A DNA stretch of 33,567 nt, taken from NCBI GenBank assembly GCA_002269645.1, contig NIVC01001590.1, forward strand, positions 1 through 33,567. The letters run 5' to 3'. The translations under genes and the position numbers were made by a program. Positions 12,201 to 23,000 of the stretch are shown piece by piece. The notes below the pieces were generated by a model, which saw only the letters and a list, made by a program, of their open reading frames with translations, was not told the DNA's origin and ran no database searches. The first letter of the stretch is position 1; each line of letters begins with the position of its first letter. The DNA is from Macrostomum lignano. Its lineage: Eukaryota.

Positions 12201-13033
12201 TTTTTGACAGACGCTGGCGAGCCTGACAGTAAGCCGCCGTATCGTCCTAAACAGTTTGATCGTGTTCTCCTGGATGCACCCTGCAGCGCTCTGGGACAGC
12301 GGCCTAGACTACTCACGTCATCAGACAGTAGTAGTCAGTTGAGCAAAACTGCATCTCAGTTGAGTTCGTATGCTCAAATACAGAATCGATTGTTTCGTGA
12401 GGTAAATTAATAATATAATTTGATTAATATTTGCCTGCGAGATTTGCATTATTAGGGGGTTGTAGCCCTGTGGTTAGAGCGTCGGACTCACGACTCGAAG
12501 GTCGGGGGTTCGATTCCCGATTCCACTGGAACAGTTTGTAGACTTGAGCAAAACACTTGACTCTGGATTGCTTCAGTTCACCCAGCTGTAAAATGGGTGC
12601 CAGCAGTCCTTGGACTGAACAGAGCCGTACGCAGCCTTCAGATGCGCCGCGCAAATAGCTGCGGCTAAGCTGTCGGTTGCACATCTGCCTATTAAAACAG
12701 GTGTAATCGATTATTATTATTAGTTTGTGTATTGCAAACTTTTAGGCCATTAAATTGGTTAAGCCTGGCGGGTTCCTTGTCTACAGCACATGCACAACAA
12801 GACCAGAAGAAAACGAACGGCAGGTCAGCCTTGCTCTGCAGATGAACTGGCCTAACCTTAAACTAGTGGAACAGACTCCCAACCTGCGGCCTTTTGGTAT
12901 CAACCAACCGGACGGAAGTGTCGGTTTGGTGCAGAAATTCGATCCGGAAGTGCCATACGATGCTAGCGACGTTACTAATGCTTGCAACTATGACACAATT
13001 GGCTTCTTTGTGGCTAAATTTGTTGTTGCCTGA
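9223..13033 (+). CDS. NSUN6: tRNA (cytosine-72-C5)-methyltransferase NSUN6 (PUA + RsmB/NOP2/Sun domain)
   Basis: Seven exons join in phase: 9223-9330, 9424-9528, 10040-10142, 10236-10389, 11152-11359, 11962-12103, then 12211-12401 and 12746-13033 complete the catalytic domain (eight blocks in all; the first ATG is uncertain). Motifs: CGVAVLRG and FLGNG (PUA), QNLPS, DMCCAPGGK (motif I), IAIDK, FDRVLLDAPCSALGQRP (motif IV), GGFLVYSTCT (motif VI), ENERQV, C-terminal DTIGFFVAKF. Confidence 0.93.
9575..10003 (+). repeat. 28-bp minisatellite array 1 (GCTGGGCCAGCCTCCCAGATCCTCAGTT), NSUN6 intron 2
   Basis: About 15 head-to-tail copies read directly; no spacers. Confidence 0.93.
10490..11075 (+). 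repeat. Degenerate G/T-rich tandem repeat (GGTAG/ATTG/TAGT motifs) in an NSUN6 intron
   Basis: Recurrent GTAGTGGTAGGTATTGGG(G)TAGATT words and very few C on the + strand. The ORF 10644-11093 (-) is a low-complexity artefact. Confidence 0.8.
11445..11905 (+). repeat. 28-bp minisatellite array 2, NSUN6 intron
   Basis: Same unit as 9575-10003 with variants (GCTGTGCC, GGCCACCAG). The overlapping ORFs 11168-11951 read through it artefactually. Confidence 0.93.
12455..12723 (+). mobile_element. tRNA-derived SINE with CORE-like central domain (copy 1), last NSUN6 intron
   Basis: A box TAGCCCTGTGG, B box GTTCGATTCC, central CTTGAGCAAAACACTTGACTC...CAGTTCACCCAGCTGTAAAATGGG resembling the MIR/CORE domain, (ATT)n tail. 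A highly similar copy lies at 22083-22398. Confidence 0.85.
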
Positions 13034-13194
13034 CTGATTTATTATGATGGATTGTGTCATTATTATTCTCACTTTGTTTTTGCTTTTCAATATGATTTCA
13101 TTGCATTTAAAACAATGCCAATTACAGAAATTGTTACAACTGAGCCAATCTTTTTAACAGAGTCTGCTTGTTAATTATTTTTACTTTATGTTTA

Positions 13195-13632
13195 TACGGC
13201 CAGTTGCTTCCCAGATCCTCAGTTGCTGGACCAGCCTCCCAGATCCTCAGTTGCTGGGCCATCCACCTCCCAGATCCCCAGTTGCTGGGCCAGCCTCCCA
13301 GATCCCCAGTTGCTGGGCCAGCCTCCCAGATCCTCAGTTGCTGGGCAGCCTCCCAGATCTCCCAGATCCTCAGCTGGGCCAGCCTCCCAGATCCTCAGTT
13401 GCTGGGCCAGCCTCCCAGATCCCAGTTGCTGGGCCAGCCTCCCAGATCCTCAGTTGCTGGGCTAGTTGCTGGGCCTCCCAGATCCTCAGTTACTGGGCCA
13501 GCCTCCCAGATCCTCAGTTACTGGGCCAGCCTCCCAGATCCTCAGTTACTGGGCCAGCCTCCCAGATCCTCAGTTGCTGGGCTAGCCTCCCAGATTCTCA
13601 GTTACTGGGCCAGCCTCCCAGATCCTCAGACT
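13195..13632 (+). repeat. 28-bp minisatellite array 3, between NSUN6 and SLX4
   Basis: Same unit, about 15 copies. The ORFs at 13168-13680 are repeat translations. Confidence 0.93.
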
Positions 13633-13787
13633 GAACCATCCTTCATTATTCTTTCATATAGTCAGGCTTTTTGCATCTGAACTACACCAATCGTATTAAC
13701 AAACTTGTGCATGTAGTATTGCAAGTCGAGGACTGCAAACAAGAATTCACTTATAGTAAATGTGCTCATTAGTGTTAGGCTTTTATT

Positions 13788-15854
13788 ATGTGCATGCAAT
13801 TTCAAACCATTTATGCATTCAGTAATTGGTCATGTAACAATACGCATCACTTTCTGCCTGAAACGGAGCTCCCATTTGAAGCGGCCAAACCCGTCGCCGA
13901 CCCTCTCACAGCCGACGGTCGCTGTCCAACTTGCGGTCGCTTGTTGTCCACCTGGACGGAAGCTCGTCGAGATCAACACCTGGCCAGGTGCGCTAAGAAA
14001 TCTAACAATGAATCGTCAAATCGACGTCAATCGAAGCGTTTGATAGATAGCTCGGATAATCGTCAACGACCAGAGCCGTCGTTGAAGTCGTTGCTTCGGC
14101 GAGCAGCAGACGAAGATCTTCAAACGGCGTTGGCTTTGTCCCGTAGCGCCGAAGCTGCTCGTAAAGTTGCGGCGAAAGAAGCCGAAGAAACCCGACGAGC
14201 TGTTGCCTCGGTGCCGTCCGTGTTCCGAATCACTCCGGAGGCTCGACGGGAACGACTTCTAGCCGCTGTTGCAGAAATTCTCCGACCAGCATCGGATCCG
14301 CCGGCTCAAATTGCTAGCGGCACAGTTCGCAGCGATCTGTGGCGTTTGACTTCGATTGAAATGCAGCCGCGATTGCGCTATCTTGTACCGGATCTGTTGG
14401 AGTTGCTGCCCGGCGTGGTCTGTATGGCAGCGGAAGATGATTCGTTGAAGACAGAATCTGTAGCTGCCGTTCCAGTAGATACGGTTGAATCTGTCGATAA
14501 GCCTACACCCTCTACTGAGGAGAGTCCAGTAAATCTTGCCAACCAATCGCAAACTGTAGCTGTTACTGCTACTTCAGAAACCGCACCAACAATCGATAAA
14601 GCTTTGTCCGATTTCCAATCGATGGTCGGTAACGAACTATGCGCGGATTTGCATTTTCTTATCGAATCATCGGATGGCTGTATCATTCCAGCGCATCGAT
14701 TCGTCTTTGCCGCTCGTTGTCCTTTGTCGTGCTTGCAACGATTAGATCGAAGCACGGATGCTGAAGGTCGAATTCCTTTGACAGGTGTCAGTAAAGATGA
14801 TCTGATTTCTTGTTGAAATTCTTGTATTCCGGCGGCAAAGAGCCACTGACCGATGCGGCTAAGCAGCTTCTGTCCTCGTGGCGTTCCGATAGTCCTATTG
14901 TCGATGCAACCATAATCTCAAAAAAGCGTCATTCAGAGTCTATCAATGATGATGAAGACGCTGATGTAGCACTATCGCACTCGGAAAAGCGGCGTAAACT
15001 CGAAAATTCTTTGATTATGGAAGAGACTCACGGCTGGTTGCCGGTTAGTAATGCTGACGATGTTGTAAACGACAATGTCTCTAGCCAACCAGTTATAAAA
15101 AAGTTCCAACTGCAGTTGATGATGCCAAGATTGAACCGACAATAAAATCCGATGCCAATAACAGTAGCTGCTGCGATCTGTTTGCCGCTTCGATGACGAT
15201 GAAGATTATGAAAGTCAGCAGCAGAATTCCGATGGCATTGACGACTGCGTTGCCGAGGAACAAGTTGATTGTGGATCCAGTTTCAACAATTTGTCAGCGA
15301 TTTCTGTTCCAGCCTGCGATCACCTTTGCGAGGCGTCCTTTTTTGATCAGCCTCCGACGCCTGCGCCTCCAGTTTCTGATCCGTTGATACCGGCGTCTTT
15401 GACGCCTGAACAGATAAAGTCTGATTCTCTGACTTTTACATCCTTTGCGCGCCTCTCACCACAGATCCCGTGTCACCTACCCGTTCCTTTGATCCCAGTG
15501 AATTGAAAAATTTCAAATCGGTATCTTCGCCAACTGTTCAATTTCCGGATCTTCGCAACCGTTGCCAACGACGCCGCGTATATTGCCAGTATCCTATGCG
15601 ACGCAGCGCTAACCCACCACACGCTTTCGACTCCGAGGCGGTGTGGTGGAGCAGGCGCAAGTCGGGGCAACCGTCGCCAACAACGTTCGCCTTCACCGTT
15701 TACGCCGATGCGCGACTACGAAGCGTCAAGCACACCTGAACTGGCCGAGTCGTTGCGAAAATACGGCGTCCGTCCATTGCCCCGGAAGAAAGCGGTTCTG
15801 CTGTTGAAGGATATCTACAAGCAGATGCATCAGTACGAGAGCGATCCGGAGTGA
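13788..15854 (+). CDS. SLX4: Structure-specific endonuclease scaffold SLX4 (BTBD12/FANCP); frameshifted in this sequence
   Basis: UBZ CPTCGRLLSTWTEARRDQHLARC; MLR-like DLQTALALSRS; BTB DFQSMVGN...DLHF...PAHRFVFAARCP continuing as LKFLYSG in the next frame; SAP TPMRDYEASSTPELAESLRKYGVRPLPRKKAVLLLKDIYKQMHQ ending at TGA 15852-15854 (not in the ORF track). Apparent frame changes near 14808, 15098, 15190 and 15468-15610. Confidence 0.88.
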
Positions 15855-17636
15855 ACAGAGTTGGTTTGATACGTCTGTCCTCAAATGACCGATCTGACAG
15901 ATCCCATCACTGAAGCATCAAACAAACGTCAGCTGTATTTCTTTATTAATTTAAACTATTCTCTAGAGAGGATTATTGGTGCTAAATGGGATTTTGTGTC
16001 TAGCAGGTTATTATCGTTGCTTGATTGCATTGATATGTTGCTATTATAACGGAAGCATTTTTTCTTTACTACAGTCACTCTGTTTTACTCAATTTTCAGC
16101 TACGGTTCAGTTTATTTCACTCGGTAACATGCATGTTATTAAATTTAATATACGACTTATAATTAAGCATGCTCTTTATTTAGTGCGTGTCAAACAATTA
16201 ACTGTAAATAATTGTAAGCTTGACAACTTAATTTTATCAGTGTAGCATAGGTGAAAAAAATTAACCAAGAAACAGTCATTTCTCTCACTTTTTAACCAAA
16301 GTCACCTTAGAAGCACACTTAGTCGTTCTTGTTTTTAAACATTGTTTGTATTCTTTTTGTTCCTTGTCGGTTGTTTGCTCTGGCAACGCACAGGCTGCAG
16401 CTGAAGTCTTGGCTAAGAAACATCCTGCCACTCCCCTGGGTGTAGTTCAAGTGGCCTCAAAACCGTCCAGCTGTCATCGACGGCAGCGTTATTGCTTGAG
16501 TTTAAGACCGCCTCGTTGATTTATACTGGACTAAGCCTTTTCCAGAGCTGAGCCAGAGCTGATCTATATACAATGTTGGTCAGTCTGGCAATAATAGTCC
16601 CTTAATTTCTGTAGCTAATCAATTAATATGAAGTTAATTAATACAGCAAATGAGTCAATGTAGGCCCAAATTCGTATTTATCTAACGCCCTGCAAATATA
16701 AGAGGCTGGATCTGCGACTGTGACCTACACTGTAACACAGAAGCGAGCAGGTCAGTCTGATGCAAACATTGGATGCAGCACCACAGCTGAAGTGACTGAC
16801 ACGCATTGATGCAAAATTTGAATCAATTATATCCGTCATTTAGCCATCTACCTTGGCCGGTTCATTTAACCATTATTTGGAATCAGTAAATACTTGTGGC
16901 CTATGCAAATTTTCCTAATGGAAAATAAGCAGTTGCAAGTAGATTATAAACATGTTTTATCTGAGGCTGAATTCGCGAAATTCGCCTAACAACCGAATGA
17001 CTGTCTGATCTTTGAAATTTTTCGGAGTCGTGCTGCCAGTGCTGATAGCTGATAAAAATTGCGCATTTCAGCGTCCTAAAAAAGATCCTTGAGATTTCCT
17101 TTTTGACTTCTTGTTTTCTGCACAGGAAATTTCCTGAGTCAGACTTGAAAAGACTTGGGATTTGAAAATTAGATTAGCCATTAAAACAAACAGTTTTGCT
17201 TTTTCTACGAGTACATAACTAAAATATTGATTGTTAATGATACCCCGTGAGTTAATTTACCTGCGTATTCAAGAGTGCGCGACACAGCGAGTGAAATATA
17301 TCAGCAAGATTTAGAATAAAACTGTAAAATGTGCCAGATTATAAAGTTTTAAACTGAGATTTTTTCGTTACTAATAGATAGAATAAAAAGGAATAACAAG
17401 GTGTGTAGCATCGGTAACGCATCCAACTAGTATCTATAGCTCGTATTGAGGCTCGTGCGCACATTCTTGTCAAAGGTCATCATCGTGCGATTGTCGCTTT
17501 AATCTTCAACAGGGCCCAAAACACCCACGGGACTCCTTTTTAGTTCAGTAGCTAACAGTTATATGTAAGTAAAGAGTCAGTATTTATCGTTTATATTCAA
17601 GTTCCAAGTAGGTCAACAACTTTTATGATACGCGTC

Positions 17637-19372
17637 CTAACCGAAAGGCTCGACCAAAGTAGTATTAAGGCATCCAGTGTTGCCGCTGGCATCCGCATTG
17701 ACGCGCGTCCCCCTTCCGGCCGGATCGTTCTTGTCCTCTTCGTCGTCGCCTGTCCGAGGCGCCACGGCTCCGGTCCCGACGGAACAGCAGCCGAGCAGGC
17801 AGTCGTGCAGCAGCTCGAGCACCTCCAGCACAGTCAGCAGAGAGCAGCCCATGTAGAGGCCCAGAATGCCACCAGTGTCCGACACGAGGTTAGCCAACTC
17901 GTAGCTGCGCTCGATTGTGACTGTCGGCCCGAAGGATTTTCCGGCTTTGACTTTGATTCGCATCAGCTGGTCCTGCATATAGTTGCTCGCGATCAGACTG
18001 CGTTCCGTGGTCATGTTGTCTAGCATCTCCATAAGGATAGACGCCAAGTCAACGTATCCGGGATGCTTTTTATTGGATTTATTAACCAGTTCTAAGATTT
18101 TATTCAGTATTGAGGCTTGATTAGTCGAATAAATTCTAGGCCAGGCACCGAAAGAATATGCATAAGTGTAGCTCGAAGTTTTGCAGGGGCGTCGCTCATT
18201 GCAGTACTGTTGGATATCCTTTTGATCGATGGATTCGAAGATCTTTAAAAGCGCAATATATTTGGCCAACGTCAAGTTTCTTTCATGAACCCAGCTAGCG
18301 TTCATGCATCCGAGGGCGCTTTCGAATCTTTTGCTTCTCGGCAGCAGGTGGTTCACGCAGCCGCTTTGCTCCATCAACAACTCGTTTATTCTCTCAGAGC
18401 GGCAAAGGTACTGGCTGTACTGGTAAGCCGTCTCGGACCCGTTGTACGGACTTACAATCCTCATGGGCTCAGGATCAGGGAGGCACTGCATCCCCTTGGA
18501 CAGTGTCAGCTTCTCCATCTCCAGGTTAATTGTGTACACTTTTCCAGAGCTCAGCTGCAGAACAGAGTCAGGACTCGGGTAGTGACCTCGTTTAGCGAAG
18601 TACAAATTTATAGCATTCGAATCCTGAAAATTCAAACCTCCATCAAGATCCCAGGAAAGAAAATCGTAACCAGGTTGATCTTTCATAGGCACCGGGGAGA
18701 TTTTTGAGGTCTTTGGAAACTTGTAAAATGTGGCATCGAGAAATAAGATTATGTGCAAGAAGTTGTTCTCAATGCTCAGAGCTTCTCTCTGCTCATCTGT
18801 GGGCTCGAAGCGGACACAGTTAAGCTCTGACGGGCTGTGGAAGGTGCTGAAGTGAACCCTTTCTCCGCCAAATCCGTTGATTGAGTTTATTATAACCATC
18901 TGGTCGGCTTTGTGACCGAAGCTGTCACTCAGCAATCGATAAGGCAGAGTCGCCGTCAGGGATTGGGCAAAACTGCGGGCCATGTCTTCACGATGAGGTT
19001 CACCGAGCATCTCCTTGGTTTTATTCACATAGCTGTTGATTTCTAACACTTGTTGTGAGTCCAGCAGTAGGGATAACTTCCCGACACAATGTTCGTGCTG
19101 CAGATGACCAGGTCCGGGAACTCGAACTCCACCGAGTCCTCCTGTAGGGTAGTCGTCTGCGGCTTTTCATGGTACTTTTTCACAAAGACTTGCACCTGGA
19201 TGACAAAGATCGTCATGAATGAGGTGAAAGCCAGCAGCCAAATTAGTTTGATGTAGATTGGTCGCTGACCAGAGAGTCGGCTCAATCCGTGAGCAGATGT
19301 GCTCGACAGCCAAGCTTGAACAGGTAGCAGAATTGCTGCCTTGTGGACTGCGGTTGGTTTCTTGTCTGACAT
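17637..19372 (-). CDS. DEG/ENaC (amiloride-sensitive sodium channel family) subunit, intronless, one frameshift near 19080
   Basis: Pre-TM1 HG motif (STSAHGLSRL), TM1 (IWLLAFTSFMTIFVIQV), FPDLVICSTN, Cys-rich ectodomain, TM2 LVSDTGGILGLYMGCSLLTVLE with a G-C-S filter. ORFs 19372-19043 and 19049-17637 join if one G is restored at GG(G)AAG. Confidence 0.92.
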
Positions 19373-20055
19373 GTTCGTGATTTAGAGGATAGAATCAATG
19401 GACTATTTAGCGACGTAGCTTATCTTTATGATTGTGTATTGTCTGCATACTACTAAAACTAGCTGGTCTGATTGGATAAATTTCATTGGCTCGTGTTTTT
19501 CCTACTTGGAATTCCTCAAACTAATGCGTACATTGTTACAACGTTGATGGCTTGTCCGCACACTACGTGCTATTTCATTGGCTGATGGTGCCATTGACGA
19601 ACTGGATCCATAGATCAAGTCAATTGTCTATGTGACTATGAATCAAAGGGGACGAGGGTGTTCAATCGAGACGTCGGAAGAAACACGGAGAAACAGTATT
19701 TGACAGCTTTGCCAATGCTGTCCAGCACACTAGCTCTGGCCGCACAGAAAGCTGAGTGTAGTTGATGGTCGGAAAATTAATGACAAGATCATCTTTGACC
19801 GACGTTGTTGATAGGATGATTCTGGCATATTGTTGATGTTATAGAGAACTTTCTTATTGAACGTCAACATGCTTTGACTGAAAAACTTGCTTGTAAATTT
19901 CAAATTGAGCTAAACCTCGGCTTCTACAAAGTATACTAGTTTCGATTGCGTTTATTGTCTGTGGACAAACCCGTTTTTTAGGCAAAAATTGATGAGAGGG
20001 AAAAAACAATTTAAAGAACGTTTGGAATTGGTCTTATATTAACGTAGCTAGCAAG
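19373..20055. promoter_or_regulatory. Divergent intergenic region between the DEG/ENaC and GH63 starts, with several ATTGG (CCAAT) boxes
   Basis: Head-to-head starts ~680 bp apart; ATTGG at about 19471, 19485 and 19577. Promoter function is inferred only. Confidence 0.35.
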
Positions 20056-23000
20056 ATGATTAATAATAAAAAATCTCCTAGCAACAAACTGGAGGGCAAC
20101 GAGTTCGATTCTGCCGAGCTGCCCCCAAGCACGGATCCGCGCTGGCAGCTCTGGGGACCCTACATGAGCCAGCGCGAGTGGGGCACGGTACGCGAGACTG
20201 GCGGTCTTGACGGCTCGAACTGGGCCGAGTTTCCCTACGAACAAGCCGCCAGCGTGCCGTACCGCTACTGCGAGGACGGCATTTTCGGCGTGTGCGATCG
20301 CGACTGCCGAGTCTGCCACTCCTACGCCTTCTGGAACTACAGGGACGATCATCTTAAGGAGCGATTCTACGGGCTGACTAACTCGCAGGGTGCTCACGGA
20401 GAGGACGTCAAGGAGGTTTACTCGTACAAGGCGGCCGATCCGCAGTACAAGTACATCGGAGCCGATTTCCTTTATCCTCAGACTGAGTATCCCTACAGGC
20501 ACTTGCATCAGATGGAGAGGCTGGAAGGTGCAGCCGATGTGTCCGCAATGAACTCGGTTCGCAGTGCCGCTGTCTCTCTGACTGACTTCAACAACTGGTA
20601 TTCGGAGCAGCGCTACTTTGAAATGGAATTCGAAATGTGCAAACTGACGCCTGAACGGCTCTACCTGCAGCTAAGCATCACTAACTGCTCAGCGCTGCCT
20701 GCCAGGCTGGTTGCTATGCCGATGCTGTTTCTCAGAAACACTTGGTCGCCTGGCCAAACCGGAGACGACTTTAACGTTGAGAAGGTCATTCAAGCGAAAG
20801 ACAACTGTTTGATTGTCTGCTTCAAGGATCGTTGTGAGTTAACATGTAGCTACGAGTGCTTTTTGTCGTTTCTTAGCACAAGAACTTAGTTAAAACTGCC
20901 GCCTAGTCTCTTGACGTTTGTCTTAGCGTGTCTCAGTGTCTACCAGAGCAGCTCAGCGGTAAAAGCTTCTGACTCTAACGCCGCGATCCTTGATTCGATT
21001 TCGCGCGCGTGACTACATTAGTTTGGGGCTTGTGTACACGAAAATTGGCTTGGGGGTTTTGGTGCGCTTCACACCCATAAGGGCCAGCCTCCAAGGCAGA
21101 GAGAGCGTACACAAACCCGACGATTAGAAAGTATGGGGGCCACTGTAGACCCTGTGTTAGCGTGTATATAAGTGCGTGCCTGCGTACGGGACGTACCAGC
21201 GCGGTTGTATGTGCTCAGAGGGAACTTTTCCCTTTGAATTTTCGCTTATGCACCTGGTTAATCCTGTTTAAAACGCAGACAACAAAGAGTTCCACTTGGG
21301 CTACTATTTCGATTCGGAAGCTGGCGTGCCAGAAATTCTCCTGACTGACAATGTCAATTCCTCGGCCTCCAAAGACGCATCGGCGCATTCTCCGTCGAAG
21401 GACGCGTTTCATCGTTACATTACTCGAGGCGACAGTAGCGGGTTGATAGCCAATCTTGGCAGTCTGCCAGCCAGCAAGGCAGGCATTTGTTATCGGTTAA
21501 ATCTGGCGCCGAAGCAACAAATCAAGCTGCGATGCTTTCTAATGTCCCAGCGATCTGGAGAGTCGGCGATGCTGAACTGGAAAGGCCTGACAAGTAGCAT
21601 GGAAATGGTTCGACTGCAGAACAATGTCGACACCTATCAGTCGCTGCCAGGTTCCCTAGTCCCGGCTGAGCAGGATATTCTTAATGCGGCCTACACTAAT
21701 CTGCTGTGGAATCGGCAGTACTATCCCCTGGACCAGATGCCTCACCTGTGGAGAGTGCTCTCCTCTGGGCTGGAACCCTACCAAATCGCTTAGTGACTGT
21801 GCCCGACAAATGGGAGCAGCCGTACTTAGCTGCGTGGGACACGGCTGTGCATTGCCTCTGTTTGAGCTGTTTCGATCGTAGGCAGGCAATTGATGAGATG
21901 ATGCTGCTCATGGCATTGATTAGGGAGGACGGATCCATGTACGCTGACGAGTACCGACCGGAGGGTGTGACACCTCCCCTGTCTGTACTGGCCGCTGTGG
22001 ATTTGTACAGGTGAGAGATTTTAATAGCATGCTTAATACCTATTCCAGCATCTCGAAGTTCTCCATCTAGCATCCCTAGTAATGCTCTTAGGGGTTGTAG
22101 CCTTGTGGCTAGTGCGTCGGACTCACGACTTAAAGGTCGGAAGTTCGATTCTCGACTCACTCGGAAAAAAATCTTGTCCTTAAGCAAGACACTCAACTCT
22201 GCATTGCTTAAGTTCACCCAGCTGTAAAATGGGTGCCAGCATTAGCTGTGGGTAATTGAGGGTGTGTGTGGCGACCCCCCCCCCAGTCCTTGGACTGAAC
22301 AGCCGTACGCAGCCTTCAGATGCGCCGCGCAATAGCTGCGGCTGAGCTGTCGGTTGCACATCTGGTTATTAAGGCAGGTGTAATAAATTATTATTATTAT
22401 CCCTAGTAACCATCTTTTAACTAGGCAAAGGCGGCTGTGTGCACCCTGGCGCACTTTAAGTGACATTGTCACAACCGGCGAGAGGCATTATTACTGATGC
22501 CCATTCTGCCGACTCCCCTGAGCAGTCATACGCACAGGCACACACACACACAGGAGTGTACAGCGGCCCTAACTTTATTTATCGTTAGGCATGTACACTT
22601 CACTGCGCCTTGGGGGTTGGCCCTCAAGGCCGTTAATTGCACGAGCAGAGCCAAGCCGAGATTCCAATTCAGCCCTGAATTAATGTGGCTGCACTTGGAA
22701 TCGAGCCTGGTTCGCTGGTACGTACTGCCGCTTTGAATTGCAGCAGTGCCCAGAGCCCCCCTCTCGAATAAGTGGCCATTCCTGCCACAACTCCCCCTGA
22801 TCTGGTGCATGTAAAACAGTCATAATCTTAGCATTAAAAAACAACTTTTCATCAGTAAGTGCAACCCAGACGAGCAGGAAAGCATGGCACCGCTGATCTA
22901 TGATCGATTACATCGCCATCTGGACTGGTGGCTGCAGCGTCGAGATGCTCGCGGTGTCGCCCTGATCGACGGCGGCATCTGCGGTGTTGACTACGTGTCA

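Noticed and set aside
12455-12525. tRNA gene (also at 22090-22160 and 20945-21000)
   Set aside because: No paired acceptor stem or terminator. The sequence continues into shared SINE body and tail, so these are SINE heads.
9575-13632. 28-bp palindromic repeats resembling CRISPR direct repeats
   Set aside because: Units are head-to-tail with no unique spacers, there are no cas genes, and the context is eukaryotic introns.
14800-15610. Programmed ribosomal frameshifting in SLX4
   Set aside because: Too many shifts, no X XXY YYZ slippery site with a downstream structure was seen, and the same lesion type occurs in unrelated genes.
17625-20508. Antisense ORFs 17625-18023, 18285-18707 and 20011-20508
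   Set aside because: Shadows of the real DEG/ENaC and GH63 coding strands.
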